Shown: in pieces, positions 31,054-41,080 of the stretch
How the letters are laid out: the number at the start of each line of letters is the position of its first letter
Numbering within the stretch: the stretch's first letter is position 1
Assembly (NCBI GenBank): GCA_963774265.1
Contig: CAVZDU010000008.1
Coordinates: forward strand, 256,001 to 320,000
Length of the DNA stretch: 64,000 bases
Direction of reading: 5' to 3'
DNA from: an uncultured Chloroflexia bacterium
Lineage (GTDB): Bacteria; Chloroflexota; Anaerolineae; CG2-30-64-16
Program-made: the position numbers and the translations under genes
Notes under the pieces: generated by a model
What the model was told of the DNA's origin: nothing
Database searches by the model: none
Seen by the model: only the letters and a program-made list of their open reading frames with translations

Positions 31054-32073
31054 ATGTCTCAATCGTTAACTGTCGGCGCCACTTTACGCGAGCGCTACGA
31101 GATCATCGACCTGGTCGGCCAGGGCGGCATGGGCGCGGTCTACAAAGCCAATGATCAACGTCTCCGCGGCCGCGTCTGTGCGGTCAAGGAAGTGTTGCCT
31201 GATCTGATCAGCGCGCCCGGCATGGAAGATCAGGCGCAGGATCAATTCTACCGCGAAGCCAGCGTTCTGGCTCGCCTCGATCACTCCAATCTGCCCAAGG
31301 TCTCAGACTATTTCGAACAAGACGGCCGGCAATACCTGGTCATGGACTTCGTGCCGGGCCAGGACCTACGACAGATCGTCGATGAGGCTCGTCGACACGA
31401 CACCTTTGTGCCGGAAGAGAACGTCCTTGCATGGGCTGCGCAACTATGCGAAGCGCTGAGTTATCTGCATTCGCAAGAGCCGCCGGTGCTCCATCGTGAC
31501 ATCAAACCATCGAATATCAAGCTCACGCCCCGTGGCATCGTGAAGTTGGTCGACTTTGGCCTGGTCAAGCTGTTGCAACCTGACGAAAACCGAACAGTCA
31601 CCGTTGTACAAGGCCGCGGCACGGTGGCTTACACACCGCTCGAGCAGTATGGAGGAGACACCGGGCATACGGACATCCGCTCCGACGTGTTTTCACTCGG
31701 CGCCACCCTGTACCATCTGCTGACCGGTCAACCGCCCGCTGACGCCAAACAACGTTTCCTGAAACCCGGCAGCCTCATCCCGCCTCGCGATATCAATCCG
31801 CGCGTCTCACCGCGCACCGAACGGGCTATCTTGGCCGCAATCGCCCAGCATCCGGATGACCGCCCCACGACGGTCGACGCGTTTCGTGATTTACTGTTTG
31901 CGGAAGAGGCGCCTCCTGTTGCACAGCCTGTCACGACCGCCCTGTCCTCATTTGCCGAAACCCGTGGCCTGTGGCGTGAGCTGATCGCCGGCCACGCGGC
32001 CCTCGTAGTAACGGTGACGCTCCTAACCGCGACTGCTTTGGTCGTCACCCTGCTGTCACCGGCGTTGCCCTAA
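31054..32073 (+). CDS. Hanks-type Ser/Thr protein kinase with C-terminal TM anchor
   Basis: [38 protein letters not shown]. Confidence 0.95.
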   Translation: MSQSLTVGATLRERYEIIDLVGQGGMGAVYKANDQRLRGRVCAVKEVLPDLISAPGMEDQAQDQFYREASVLARLDHSNLPKVSDYFEQDGRQYLVMDFVPGQDLRQIVDEARRHDTFVPEENVLAWAAQLCEALSYLHSQEPPVLHRDIKPSNIKLTPRGIVKLVDFGLVKLLQPDENRTVTVVQGRGTVAYTPLEQYGGDTGHTDIRSDVFSLGATLYHLLTGQPPADAKQRFLKPGSLIPPRDINPRVSPRTERAILAAIAQHPDDRPTTVDAFRDLLFAEEAPPVAQPVTTALSSFAETRGLWRELIAGHAALVVTVTLLTATALVVTLLSPALP

Positions 32074-32123
32074 GAGCAATTCGTCGGGTTGAATTGCTCC
32101 GATTGAAACGATGCCAGGCACGC

Positions 32124-35100
32124 CTACTGGACATCACGCCTCCACACGCGCCATAACAGCGTCAACAACCCACCGATAAACGTGACCCCGCCCGCGGCCC
32201 ACACCCATCCCCTCATTTGCATAGCCGTTGAGCCGGGCAGCCAACCCACCGCATACAACAAATAGCCAATCCAGGCGACTGCCCCCGCCCACAGTGCGGC
32301 CGCCAAGGCCTGAACGTCCGAAGTGCCCTCAGGGCCTCGCTTGCTCACAGCGAAGACTGCACTGCTGGAAAGTAAGGCGCCGAGTAGCGCGGCCAAGAAC
32401 GCCGGAAACGCCACGCGCGGTTTGGGAGCGGACGGCAGACCGGCCGATGGCGGCTCAGGCGTGTCGGTCGGTGAAGGCGTGGCGGTATACGTGGCCGTCG
32501 GGCTGGGCGTGATAGTCGGTTCTGGCGTGGACGATGCCGTTGGCGTAGGGACAACCGTCGCGATGCTGCCCGGCGCATCCCCGCCAACACGCATTTCGAT
32601 GCGCGTTGAATTCTTCGCAGCACCGGCCTGCACCGTAATCCACAACTCGCCGGGCCGATCCAGCGGCACCACGGTGCGCGCCCGGCCTCCAACAGTGGTT
32701 TCGATCTTGGGCGCCAGAGCCAACGACTCTGTAGGATAGCGCAGATTGAACTCGACCGGTGTACCGTCGGGAACCGGATGGCCTTTTTGGTCGAGAATGA
32801 TGCCCGTTTCCAGCCCAATCTGGCTGCCCACCTGGATGCTGCCGCTGATGACGTCACCCGCGCCGATGGGCGCGAGGGCAATCACTTGCCCCGGTGCAGG
32901 CTCAAGTTGGTTGATGAGCTCGTAATTGATGCCGGTGACCGTGACCGGAGGCGCGCCAATAGGCGTGAACTCGCGGAACAGCGCACGCACCGCAGTTTCC
33001 AGGAAAGGCGCCGTATGTGCGTACACGCCGAAGTAGGCCGTCAGCTTGCTGATTTCTGTCGTATCGAGGTAGTAGGGCGCGGCAAATGCCAACACCACCA
33101 GGCGCTTATCGCGCAGCCCGTCGGAACGACGGGCCAGGAACTCACTGAGTGCGGTGGACTCTGGATATTCATCCAGCCGCTCGTCGAGCTGCGCGAAGAT
33201 TATCCAACGCGCCTCACTAATCGCATTCTCGATGTCAGCGTTGTCCCCCGGCGCAGCCAGAGTCGCCTTGAGATCCCAGAAAGTATAGCTATGCACATTG
33301 CCCGGCGCGATCTGCCCCGTGGCGTCTGGCCCGTACAACTGAAGGATGATCTGCTCCAGGGCTGTCGACTCGATGATGGGCGCCGAGTCACAGGCTTGGC
33401 ATTCGCGCACCTCACGCGCATCCGTGAAAATGACGATCTTCTCATTGGCCAGGGGCGCAGCCGGCATGCGATCCGCGAACTGGTCACGGCCTGGATAGAT
33501 CAGAGTGAGGGCGGCGCGGGCAACTGCTCGTGTCACGCTGCTGCTCTCGCCTACGCGGTCGGCGACCGTCACGGGGTCGCGGAGAAGTTGAGACAGCCGC
33601 CATTCACCGTTGTAAATTCGCAGTTTCAGGGCGATGATACGCGTCACCGCTGCATCGACTCTGGTTGCGAATGCGCTGTCTGTCTGATATTTCTCCCGGA
33701 AAAAGAGAATCGTCTCCCGGATCGCCTTTACCTGATCAGACCAGTTATCGGTGAGCGCAAATCGCCCCAGATAGAGCAGATCGTTGCCAGCCAGAAACGC
33801 GTCCTGCGCGACGCGACGGTGCGGAAATTCGCTCAGAGTGGGACTGTAGTAGCGGCGCAGTGCGGGCACGCCCAATGCATCGCTGATCAAGACACCCCCC
33901 GCCGCACGCCAGGCCGCAAATTCCGGCAATTCCATCAGATCCTGCAACTGAGGGGCCAAACTGATGGGAGGTGTCGTCTCACGGATGTTGCCCTGAAAGC
34001 CGCGATAACGAATATGAGAGGTCATCAGTGCCTGGGTGATGCCGGCTGCCGAAAGATCGCCACTGCTGGTCACAGCGCTGAACGGCGCCAACTCAATCTG
34101 GCGTAATTGATCGACCGACTTTTGAACGGTAGCGACCTCGTCTTCCGGGCCGCGATCCGAGCCACCTTGACCGGGAAAATGCTTGGCCGCAGTGACCACT
34201 CCGCCCTGACCGCCGGTTTGCACGCCGCGGATGAACGCCTGTCCAACCTGGCCGACCCAGAATGGATCGCCGCCGAACGTGCGGGTGTCCAGGTCCCCCT
34301 TGTTGCCTGGTCGCGGCACGTCGAGCACATCTAGCGTTGGGCCGAGGAGAAGATTGATACCCGCCTCTTCCAATTCCTGCCCCATGACTGCGCCGACTTG
34401 CTCGGCGAGTTGAGAGGACCAAGCGGCGCCGATGGCCATTGCACTGGGCAGGGGCGTGAAACCGCCACGACCAGAGACAAAAGAACTGTCGTCGCCGACC
34501 CAATCCAACGCGATGAGTAAGGGCACGCCGACCGGCGTTGACGCGCCTTCTGCAACGGTGGGTGCAGGCCGCGGAGAGGTTACGCCTTCCGCTGGGCGAT
34601 TGTCAGCTTCAGGCGCGCCCACCGTTAGAACCGGCATAACCGTCGTGGTGACACTCTGTGTGGGTGTGATTGCTGGCGTAGCGGTCAAATCCCGTGGCGC
34701 GCTAAGTGCGAGCGATTGAAGCGCATCCGTCAACACCGCGATTTGTGCCGGAGTGCTGGCTGTTGATTGGCTCGCGGTTATCGTACTGGTGATCGCCACG
34801 GCAGGCGCCTGAACATTGCGATAGTTGTCGTTGCTGGGAAGAAGGACTACCCCGCCGACACGGAAATCACGCACGAGGGCTGCGATCTCGGACTCGGCGG
34901 ATACATCGTTCCCTTGGAATGAAACCAGGAACAGTTGACCGACTTTGTCCGCCACTGTCATGCGATCGAGAATCGTCTTGGTGTCGAGGACCCTGGATGC
35001 AGCAGGGGGCGTAGGTGTGGGCTCAGTCGGTTGACCCTGCGCAGGGAGCGGCCGAAAAATCACATCGCGCGCCAGAGCGGTCTGCGGGAGAACCAGCGAC

Positions 35101-35144
35101 CACAGCAAAACCAACAGCACGACATTCGAGGAAACTCTGCGCAT
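32124..35144 (-). CDS. Secreted, C-terminally membrane-anchored glycoside hydrolase family 3 protein
   Basis: DKVGQLF, RTFGGDP, KHFPG, ELAPF, ISDAL, AFLAGNDLL; signal peptide, Pro/Thr linker, three C-terminal TM helices. Confidence 0.85.
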   Translation of the reverse strand: MRRVSSNVVLLVLLWSLVLPQTALARDVIFRPLPAQGQPTEPTPTPPAASRVLDTKTILDRMTVADKVGQLFLVSFQGNDVSAESEIAALVRDFRVGGVVLLPSNDNYRNVQAPAVAITSTITASQSTASTPAQIAVLTDALQSLALSAPRDLTATPAITPTQSVTTTVMPVLTVGAPEADNRPAEGVTSPRPAPTVAEGASTPVGVPLLIALDWVGDDSSFVSGRGGFTPLPSAMAIGAAWSSQLAEQVGAVMGQELEEAGINLLLGPTLDVLDVPRPGNKGDLDTRTFGGDPFWVGQVGQAFIRGVQTGGQGGVVTAAKHFPGQGGSDRGPEDEVATVQKSVDQLRQIELAPFSAVTSSGDLSAAGITQALMTSHIRYRGFQGNIRETTPPISLAPQLQDLMELPEFAAWRAAGGVLISDALGVPALRRYYSPTLSEFPHRRVAQDAFLAGNDLLYLGRFALTDNWSDQVKAIRETILFFREKYQTDSAFATRVDAAVTRIIALKLRIYNGEWRLSQLLRDPVTVADRVGESSSVTRAVARAALTLIYPGRDQFADRMPAAPLANEKIVIFTDAREVRECQACDSAPIIESTALEQIILQLYGPDATGQIAPGNVHSYTFWDLKATLAAPGDNADIENAISEARWIIFAQLDERLDEYPESTALSEFLARRSDGLRDKRLVVLAFAAPYYLDTTEISKLTAYFGVYAHTAPFLETAVRALFREFTPIGAPPVTVTGINYELINQLEPAPGQVIALAPIGAGDVISGSIQVGSQIGLETGIILDQKGHPVPDGTPVEFNLRYPTESLALAPKIETTVGGRARTVVPLDRPGELWITVQAGAAKNSTRIEMRVGGDAPGSIATVVPTPTASSTPEPTITPSPTATYTATPSPTDTPEPPSAGLPSAPKPRVAFPAFLAALLGALLSSSAVFAVSKRGPEGTSDVQALAAALWAGAVAWIGYLLYAVGWLPGSTAMQMRGWVWAAGGVTFIGGLLTLLWRVWRRDVQ

Positions 35145-35173
35145 AGGATCAGGCCGGCCTTGCCAGCCCGATT

Positions 35174-35202
35174 ATTGTAGCCCTACAGTGGCCGACCGTC
35201 AA
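35174..35202 (-). promoter_or_regulatory. sigma70 promoter of the GH3 gene
   Basis: TTGACG-N17-TACAAT. Confidence 0.7.
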
Positions 35203-35217
35203 CCGAATGAATGGTCG

Positions 35218-36658
35218 GGTAGTGTATCCCGATCGGTTGAAATTCGTCTGAGGGTGGAAACCTGGTAAGGTCAGGTTACAACATCAATACCACGCCAGGA
35301 GACCACCCCGATGCGCAGCGTACTCCCGGAATGCCGGCAAGTCAACGGCCATGCTTTGATCGAAGGGGCCATTGCAGAGGCTCATCACCACCTGCTCAAC
35401 CAAATCGGGCACGGAATCGGCGAGCGTTTGTACGCCGCGGCCGAATACGTCTTGGGCCGGGCGCCCTACGTGCGGCGGGGCCACGTGGCCAACAGTCTGG
35501 AACAGACCCGTGCGTGCCCCAAGTGCCACACCGTGCAGAGCCAGCGGTTCAGTCGCAACGGCAGCCGGCCGCGCCATTTGCTGACCCGCTGGGGCGAAGT
35601 GCCGCTGCGCTGGCCCCGCTTCGTCTGTGAGTGCGGCGGCAGCATCACCCTCGATCTGGATGATTGGCTAGCGCCCTACCAGCGCATTGGCAGCGATGTC
35701 GACGCTCAAATTCAACGCTGGGGCGCCCTGAGTATCAGCCTGCGCGAGATGCAGGGCGAACTGGCGCATAGCTATATGGGCGTGTTGGGCCAACGCACCC
35801 TGCTCCAGCGCTTACACCAACTCCAGCAGCTCACCCCGGGCGCCGATGAGCGGCCCACGCCGCCGATCGTGCAGTTCGATGCCATCTGGTTCACGCAACT
35901 GTGTGCGACCGGGCAGTGGCGCACCGACCGCAAGGGCCGCAAGCGCGCCGTCAAGGGCCGCCGGAAGCGCTGCCTCCTGATTGCGTTAGGCGTCTGGCCG
36001 GAAACCGGCCGCCAGGAGATCCTGGCCTGGCGGCCGGCCGACAGCGAAGATGCCGAAAGCTGGCTCGCCTTTCTCAGTGAACTGGAAGCCCAAGGCTTGC
36101 GCGGCGAACTGGGCCTGGAATTGATCATTCATGATGGCGGCAGTGGTCTATGCGCCGCACTCACCACCATCCACTTTGACGCCATCGAGCAACGCTGCCT
36201 CTTCCATAAGCTCCGCAACATCTGGCAAGCCATTCGCATCGCCGACGATTTGCCCGCAGCTGAACGGCGCCGCCAGCGCCGGGCGATCTACCGCGATTTC
36301 GTCGCCATCTTTCAGGCCAAACAGCGTGCCACCGTCTTGCGCCGCGCCCTCAAGGTGCTGCAGAAATATCGCAACACCCAACCCGATGCTGTGGCCACGC
36401 TCCGGCGCAACTTCCGCGCCACCGTGGCTTACTTCCTCCTGCAAGAACGCCATCCCACCTGGCGCCGCAGCTTTCTCCGCACAACCAGCCGGCTCGAACG
36501 CTTCAATCGCTGCCTGCGCCGCCGCATTCGGAGCGCCAACGCCTACCATTCCGATGCTGGCGTCTTGGCCATGATCGCACAGGAGGTGGATCGCAAGTTC
36601 ATCCTACCTGCCATGCGCAAGTTCAACACACACTTCCAACCGAAAGCGATACACTAAC
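35218..36658 (+). mobile_element. Mutator-type insertion sequence (IS256 superfamily, ISH6-like), 1441 bp
   Basis: Imperfect IRs GGTAGTGTATCCCGATCGGTTG and (reverse complement of right end) GTTAGTGTATCGCTTTCGGTTG; 8-bp direct repeat AATGGTCG at 35210-35217 and 36659-36666. Confidence 0.9.
35311..36657 (+). CDS. IS256/Mutator-family transposase
   Basis: RNGSRPR..WGEV, VQFDAIW, IIHDGGSGL, QRCLFHKLRN, RTTSRLERFN. Confidence 0.92.
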   Translation: MRSVLPECRQVNGHALIEGAIAEAHHHLLNQIGHGIGERLYAAAEYVLGRAPYVRRGHVANSLEQTRACPKCHTVQSQRFSRNGSRPRHLLTRWGEVPLRWPRFVCECGGSITLDLDDWLAPYQRIGSDVDAQIQRWGALSISLREMQGELAHSYMGVLGQRTLLQRLHQLQQLTPGADERPTPPIVQFDAIWFTQLCATGQWRTDRKGRKRAVKGRRKRCLLIALGVWPETGRQEILAWRPADSEDAESWLAFLSELEAQGLRGELGLELIIHDGGSGLCAALTTIHFDAIEQRCLFHKLRNIWQAIRIADDLPAAERRRQRRAIYRDFVAIFQAKQRATVLRRALKVLQKYRNTQPDAVATLRRNFRATVAYFLLQERHPTWRRSFLRTTSRLERFNRCLRRRIRSANAYHSDAGVLAMIAQEVDRKFILPAMRKFNTHFQPKAIH

Positions 36659-36825
36659 AATGGTCGTTCGATGTATATAAGTCCGGATCGTGATTATGTC
36701 TATCAGTTCCAATTCAGGTCATTTGCCCGTCCCGCCGTCGAGCATTACAATGGGCGCACCTTTCCGCAAGGGGTGCATCACCGATCGGAGGAACCGATGA
36801 CTCCTGACAGTTGTCCTGCTGGCCT

Positions 36826-37518
36826 ATGAACTGGGATCAACTTGAGGCGCGTGTCATGGCGTGTTACTTGTGTCCGCGTTTGGTCCAATGGCGGGAGGAA
36901 ACGGCGCGCATTAAGCGCCGTTCCTATCGCGATGAAGAATACTGGGGCAAGCCGGTTCCCGGGTGGGGTGATCAAGATGCGCGCGTACTCGTCGTCGGTC
37001 TCGCGCCGGCCGCGCACGGCGGCAACCGCACCGGCCGCATCTTTACGGGCGACAGTTCCGGTGACTTTCTGTACGCCGCGCTCTATCGCGCCGGCTTCGC
37101 CAACCAGCCCACCTCCCTCCGACGGAACGATGGACTGGCTTTGACCGACATCTACGTTGCAGCCGCCGCACGTTGTGCGCCCCCCGACAACAAACCGACG
37201 CCCGAGGAATTGGCAACCTGCCTGCCTTACCTGATGCAAGAGATCACCTTGCTCAAACAGCTACGGGTGATTGTTGCCCTGGGCCGGATAGGCTTCGAGG
37301 CAGTGCTCCGTGCGTTTGAGGGCCGGCCAGGCTGCCCCCGACGCTCGGTCCTCCTTCCGCAGTTCGCCCACGCCGCCGTGATTCCGCTCGGTGAAGGGCT
37401 GCCGGCAGTAGTCACCTCCTATCACCCCTCGCGTCAGAACACTCAAACCGGTCGCCTGACCGCCGAAATGTTCGATCTCGTGTGGCAGCGTACGAGAAAC
37501 CTTCTCGATACGTTATAA
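36826..37518 (+). CDS. Uracil-DNA glycosylase family 5 (UdgB-like, Fe-S)
   Basis: CYLCPRL, GLAPAAHGGNRTGR, RCAPPDNKP, YHPSRQNTQTG. Confidence 0.9.
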   Translation: MNWDQLEARVMACYLCPRLVQWREETARIKRRSYRDEEYWGKPVPGWGDQDARVLVVGLAPAAHGGNRTGRIFTGDSSGDFLYAALYRAGFANQPTSLRRNDGLALTDIYVAAAARCAPPDNKPTPEELATCLPYLMQEITLLKQLRVIVALGRIGFEAVLRAFEGRPGCPRRSVLLPQFAHAAVIPLGEGLPAVVTSYHPSRQNTQTGRLTAEMFDLVWQRTRNLLDTL

Positions 37519-37566
37519 TACCCAAGTCGTTCAAGCCACTCGCTGCTAACAAAAAGGAGTATAGCC

Positions 37567-38751
37567 GTGCGCCGACTGAGTGAAATTCAGACCGCCCTTG
37601 TCGATGAGGGATTGGATGGTTGGCTCTTGTATGACTTCAAGGGACTTAACCCGATCGCGTGGAGCGTGACCGCTCTGCCGGCGGATCGATTCCTGACACG
37701 CCGCTGGGCATGTTACATCCCAGCGCGCGGCAAGCCGCGCTGGCTGGTGCACGGGATCGAGGCAGGTGGCATGCAGGATGTGGCCCCAGACGCTGCTACT
37801 TATGTGTCTTGGGGTGCATGGACCGAGGGACTGCGGAAGATCACGGGAGACGCGCAGCGCGTGGCCATGGAGGTGTCCCCCGGCTGCGCCATCCCCTATA
37901 TCAGCCGCGTGGACGCAGGCACGGTGGAGTTGGTGCGCAGCCTTGGGCTGGAGATCGTTACGTCGGCCGACCTGGTCCAGGTGGCAGAGGCAGTCTGGTC
38001 GCCGAGCCAGCTTGCAAGCCATCGCCGGGCGGCTCAGGCTTTGATAGAGACCCAAGCGGCCACCTTCGCAAATGTGCGCCAACGCCTTGCTGTAGGGGAG
38101 CCGTTGACCGAATGCGGCATCCAGGATTTCATGCTGCGCCAGTTCGCGTCGCACGGATTGGAGACGGACCACCCGCCCATCGTCGGCGTGAATGCGCACG
38201 GAGCGGATCCGCATTTCGCCCCGCGTCGCGACGCTGATATGGCGCTTCACATGGGCGACTTCCTGTTGATCGACCTCTGGGGCAAGGAAGCTGGACCAGA
38301 AGACATCATGGGGGACATCACCTGGGTGGCCTATGCAGGGCGCGACGTACCGCCGCGTGCTCAACAGGTCTTTGATGTGGTTCGAGCCGCACGCGATCGC
38401 GCCGTAACGTTTGCGCGGGAGCGCCTGCAAGCAGGCCAGACAGTGTATGGTTACGAGGTGGACGATGCGTGCCGGGCGGTGGTGGCTGACGCCGGCCTGG
38501 CAGATTACTTCATCCACCGCACAGGCCACAGCATTGGAACAATGGGCCATGGCAACGGCGTCAATATTGACAATCTGGAAACGCAAGACCGCCGGCGGCT
38601 GATGCCTGGCGTCGGCTTCTCGGTCGAGCCGGGAGTCTATCTGCCGCACGAGGGTTTCGGCGTGCGGCTTGAAATCGACTGTTATGTGACCGGGAACGAT
38701 GTCGAAGTCACGACGCTGCCGCTGCAAAATGCCTGGGTGCTTTTGGCCTGA
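37567..38751 (+). CDS. M24 family (Xaa-Pro) metallopeptidase
   Basis: DPHF, LIDLW, GDITW, HRTGHSIG, FSVEPGVY, GVRLE. Confidence 0.9.
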   Translation: MRRLSEIQTALVDEGLDGWLLYDFKGLNPIAWSVTALPADRFLTRRWACYIPARGKPRWLVHGIEAGGMQDVAPDAATYVSWGAWTEGLRKITGDAQRVAMEVSPGCAIPYISRVDAGTVELVRSLGLEIVTSADLVQVAEAVWSPSQLASHRRAAQALIETQAATFANVRQRLAVGEPLTECGIQDFMLRQFASHGLETDHPPIVGVNAHGADPHFAPRRDADMALHMGDFLLIDLWGKEAGPEDIMGDITWVAYAGRDVPPRAQQVFDVVRAARDRAVTFARERLQAGQTVYGYEVDDACRAVVADAGLADYFIHRTGHSIGTMGHGNGVNIDNLETQDRRRLMPGVGFSVEPGVYLPHEGFGVRLEIDCYVTGNDVEVTTLPLQNAWVLLA

Positions 38752-38824
38752 AGGATGCGCCCCTACTGCGACCCGGCGAGCGACCTGCTATAGTCCCGAT
38801 CGAGGAGAGACGACAACATTGAAG

Positions 38825-39457
38825 ATGAGCAAGATCACCTTTGTCCTGGCCGCGATGGCAGTCCTGGCTCTGGTCGTCGCCGGATGCACCCGCTCAGACT
38901 CTCGCCGGCAGTCAGGGGAATGGACGCCCGCGCCTATGACAGGAAGCCTGGCAATCGGCACGCGCGCGCCTGATGTGCTGCCAACCCTGCCCCCACCGAC
39001 GCGTGTGGTGGTGCAAGTTCCCACGGCGCTTCCGACGCGCCTGGCCCCGGCTGCGGCATCGAGAGTCGCGCCCACTGCGACATCCACGCGCGATCCCCAT
39101 CTGGTGATCGTCACCGAAGAGGACGTGCTTCGCGCCGTCACCTCCGGCGCCACCGCGGAGAGTGGCGCTACGCTGGAAAACGTGGAAGTTCAATTCACCG
39201 CCGATGGCAAGATGATTCTGACCGCGGGCCGGGTTGGCTATGGCTTTATCAGCGCGGACAACGTTGTCCTGGTTGGACGTCTGATCGCCGTCGATGGCAA
39301 GCTACAACTGGAAACAGAATCAATCAGCCCGCGTGGCCTCGTGACATCATTCATCCCAACCGTGGCGAACGAGGCGCTTCAGCGATACACTTCACGCTGG
39401 TATGTTGACAACGTGCAAACAATGGAGGGCCGGATCGAGATGCGCGTGCGGAGCTAG
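38825..39457 (+). CDS. Hypothetical lipoprotein
   Basis: MSKITFVLAAMAVLALVVAGC lipobox; Pro/Thr linker then globular domain. Confidence 0.7.
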   Translation: MSKITFVLAAMAVLALVVAGCTRSDSRRQSGEWTPAPMTGSLAIGTRAPDVLPTLPPPTRVVVQVPTALPTRLAPAAASRVAPTATSTRDPHLVIVTEEDVLRAVTSGATAESGATLENVEVQFTADGKMILTAGRVGYGFISADNVVLVGRLIAVDGKLQLETESISPRGLVTSFIPTVANEALQRYTSRWYVDNVQTMEGRIEMRVRS

Positions 39458-39510
39458 CTGAGCTGACGCGCATCCTAAGCTTTGCCTGCCAGTAGATAGG
39501 GATTTGAACA

Positions 39511-40338
39511 TTGAAAGAAAAACTGGAACTCCTGCGCGACCTGCTGGCCGGGTTGGAACGTGTCGCGGTCGCATATTCAGGCGGTGTTGATAGCACATTG
39601 GTGTTGAAGGTCGCACACGATGTCTTGGGAGCTAATGTCCTGGCCGTGACGGCCGTTTCTGCCAGCATGCCGCATTACGAGCGTAGCGCGGCGGAGGAGG
39701 TCGCGCGTGAGATTGGTGTGCGGGTGCGCTGGGTGCAGACGCACGAGGACAACGACGAGCGATATATCGCCAACCCGCCCAACCGCTGTTATTTCTGTAA
39801 GACCAATGTATACGACGAGTTGCTCGACGTTGCCGCCCAAGAAGGCTTTGAGGTATTCCTGGACGGCACCAACGCAGACGATGTGGGCGACTTTCGACCA
39901 GGCCGCCAGGCTGCGCTCGAGCATGGTGTGCGCAGCCCGCTACAAGAGGTAGGCTTCACCAAGGACGACATCCGCCGGGCCGCCCGCGAACTTGGCCTGC
40001 CTAATTGGAACCTGCCTTCTGCGCCATGCCTGTCATCGCGTGTGCCGTATGGCACCCGCATCACGCCCGAGATGCTGGATCAGATCGGCCGGGGCGAATG
40101 GGCACTGCGCGAACGAGGATTCCGCGAGGTGCGCGTTCGCCATCACGGCAACGTTGCGCGGCTGGAAGTGCCCATCGCCGATTTCGAGCGCCTCATGACG
40201 ATGCGAGAGGAAATCGTTGCAGAGTTGAAGAACGCGGGCTACACCTTTGTTGCACTCGATTTGTCCGGATTGAAGTCCGGCAGCCTGAACCAGGGGATCA
40301 CACATGGACGCGGAGAAGCTTCGACGCCTGCTGGCTGA
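39511..40338 (+). CDS. larE: ATP-dependent sulfur transferase LarE
   Basis: PP-loop AYSGGVDS, RCYFCK, DGTNADD, PCLSSRVPYG. Confidence 0.93.
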   Translation: MKEKLELLRDLLAGLERVAVAYSGGVDSTLVLKVAHDVLGANVLAVTAVSASMPHYERSAAEEVAREIGVRVRWVQTHEDNDERYIANPPNRCYFCKTNVYDELLDVAAQEGFEVFLDGTNADDVGDFRPGRQAALEHGVRSPLQEVGFTKDDIRRAARELGLPNWNLPSAPCLSSRVPYGTRITPEMLDQIGRGEWALRERGFREVRVRHHGNVARLEVPIADFERLMTMREEIVAELKNAGYTFVALDLSGLKSGSLNQGITHGRGEASTPAG

Positions 40339-41080
40339 AGTGCAGGAGGGCGAGTTGTCGGTCGACGACGCGCTCGGCCGGCTGCGGCGCTTGCCCTTTG
40401 AAGACCTGGGATTCGCCCAACTGGACTTGCACCGCGCGCTTCGTCAGGGATTGCCAGAGGTCGTTTTCTGCCAGGGCAAGACCAACGAGCAGGCAACCGT
40501 CATTTTCGAGCGGCTGGGGACCGTTCATGACCGCGTCTTCGGAACGCGTGCCACGCCCGAGATGGCCACCTTCATCCAGACCCGGTTGCCTGAAGCCCGC
40601 TATGAACCTCTCTCGCGGTTGGTGACGCTGGTGCATGGCGAATTGACGCCACCGCCCGCCGACGGGCCCTATGCGCTGATCGCCTGTGCAGGCACGGCAG
40701 ACTTGCCAGTGGCCGAAGAGGCCGCACAGACCTTGAGCTTTTTCGGCGGCCGGGTCGTGCGGGTATTTGACGTCGGTGTAGCCGGCATACACCGCTTGCT
40801 CAATCGAAGCGCGGAAGTGACCAATGCAACCGTGATCATCAGCGTGGCCGGTATGGAAGGCGCACTAACCAGTGTCATCGGCGGCCTTGCCGCGTGCCCT
40901 GTGATCGGTGTGCCGACCAGCGTCGGGTATGGCGCAAGCTTCGGCGGCTTGGCTGCGCTGCTGGCCATGCTCAATTCTTGTGCGGCAGGCGTTTCAGTAG
41001 TTAACATCGATAATGGCTTCGGCGCGGCGGTGGTGGCACATCGCATTCTCGCCCTCGCGAGTCAACAGAAACAAATGTGA
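40304..41080 (+). CDS. larB: Nickel-pincer cofactor biosynthesis protein LarB
   Basis: DLHRALRQGLPEVVF, AGTADLPVAEEA, DVGVAGIHRL, VPTSVGYG, VNIDNGFGAA. Confidence 0.95.
   Translation: MDAEKLRRLLAEVQEGELSVDDALGRLRRLPFEDLGFAQLDLHRALRQGLPEVVFCQGKTNEQATVIFERLGTVHDRVFGTRATPEMATFIQTRLPEARYEPLSRLVTLVHGELTPPPADGPYALIACAGTADLPVAEEAAQTLSFFGGRVVRVFDVGVAGIHRLLNRSAEVTNATVIISVAGMEGALTSVIGGLAACPVIGVPTSVGYGASFGGLAALLAMLNSCAAGVSVVNIDNGFGAAVVAHRILALASQQKQM

Noticed and set aside
32778-34106. Long antisense ORFs (also 37546-38727, 9392-10429, 12750-13820, 60223-61254)
   Set aside because: Opposite well-supported genes, no recognisable motifs; expected in GC-rich DNA
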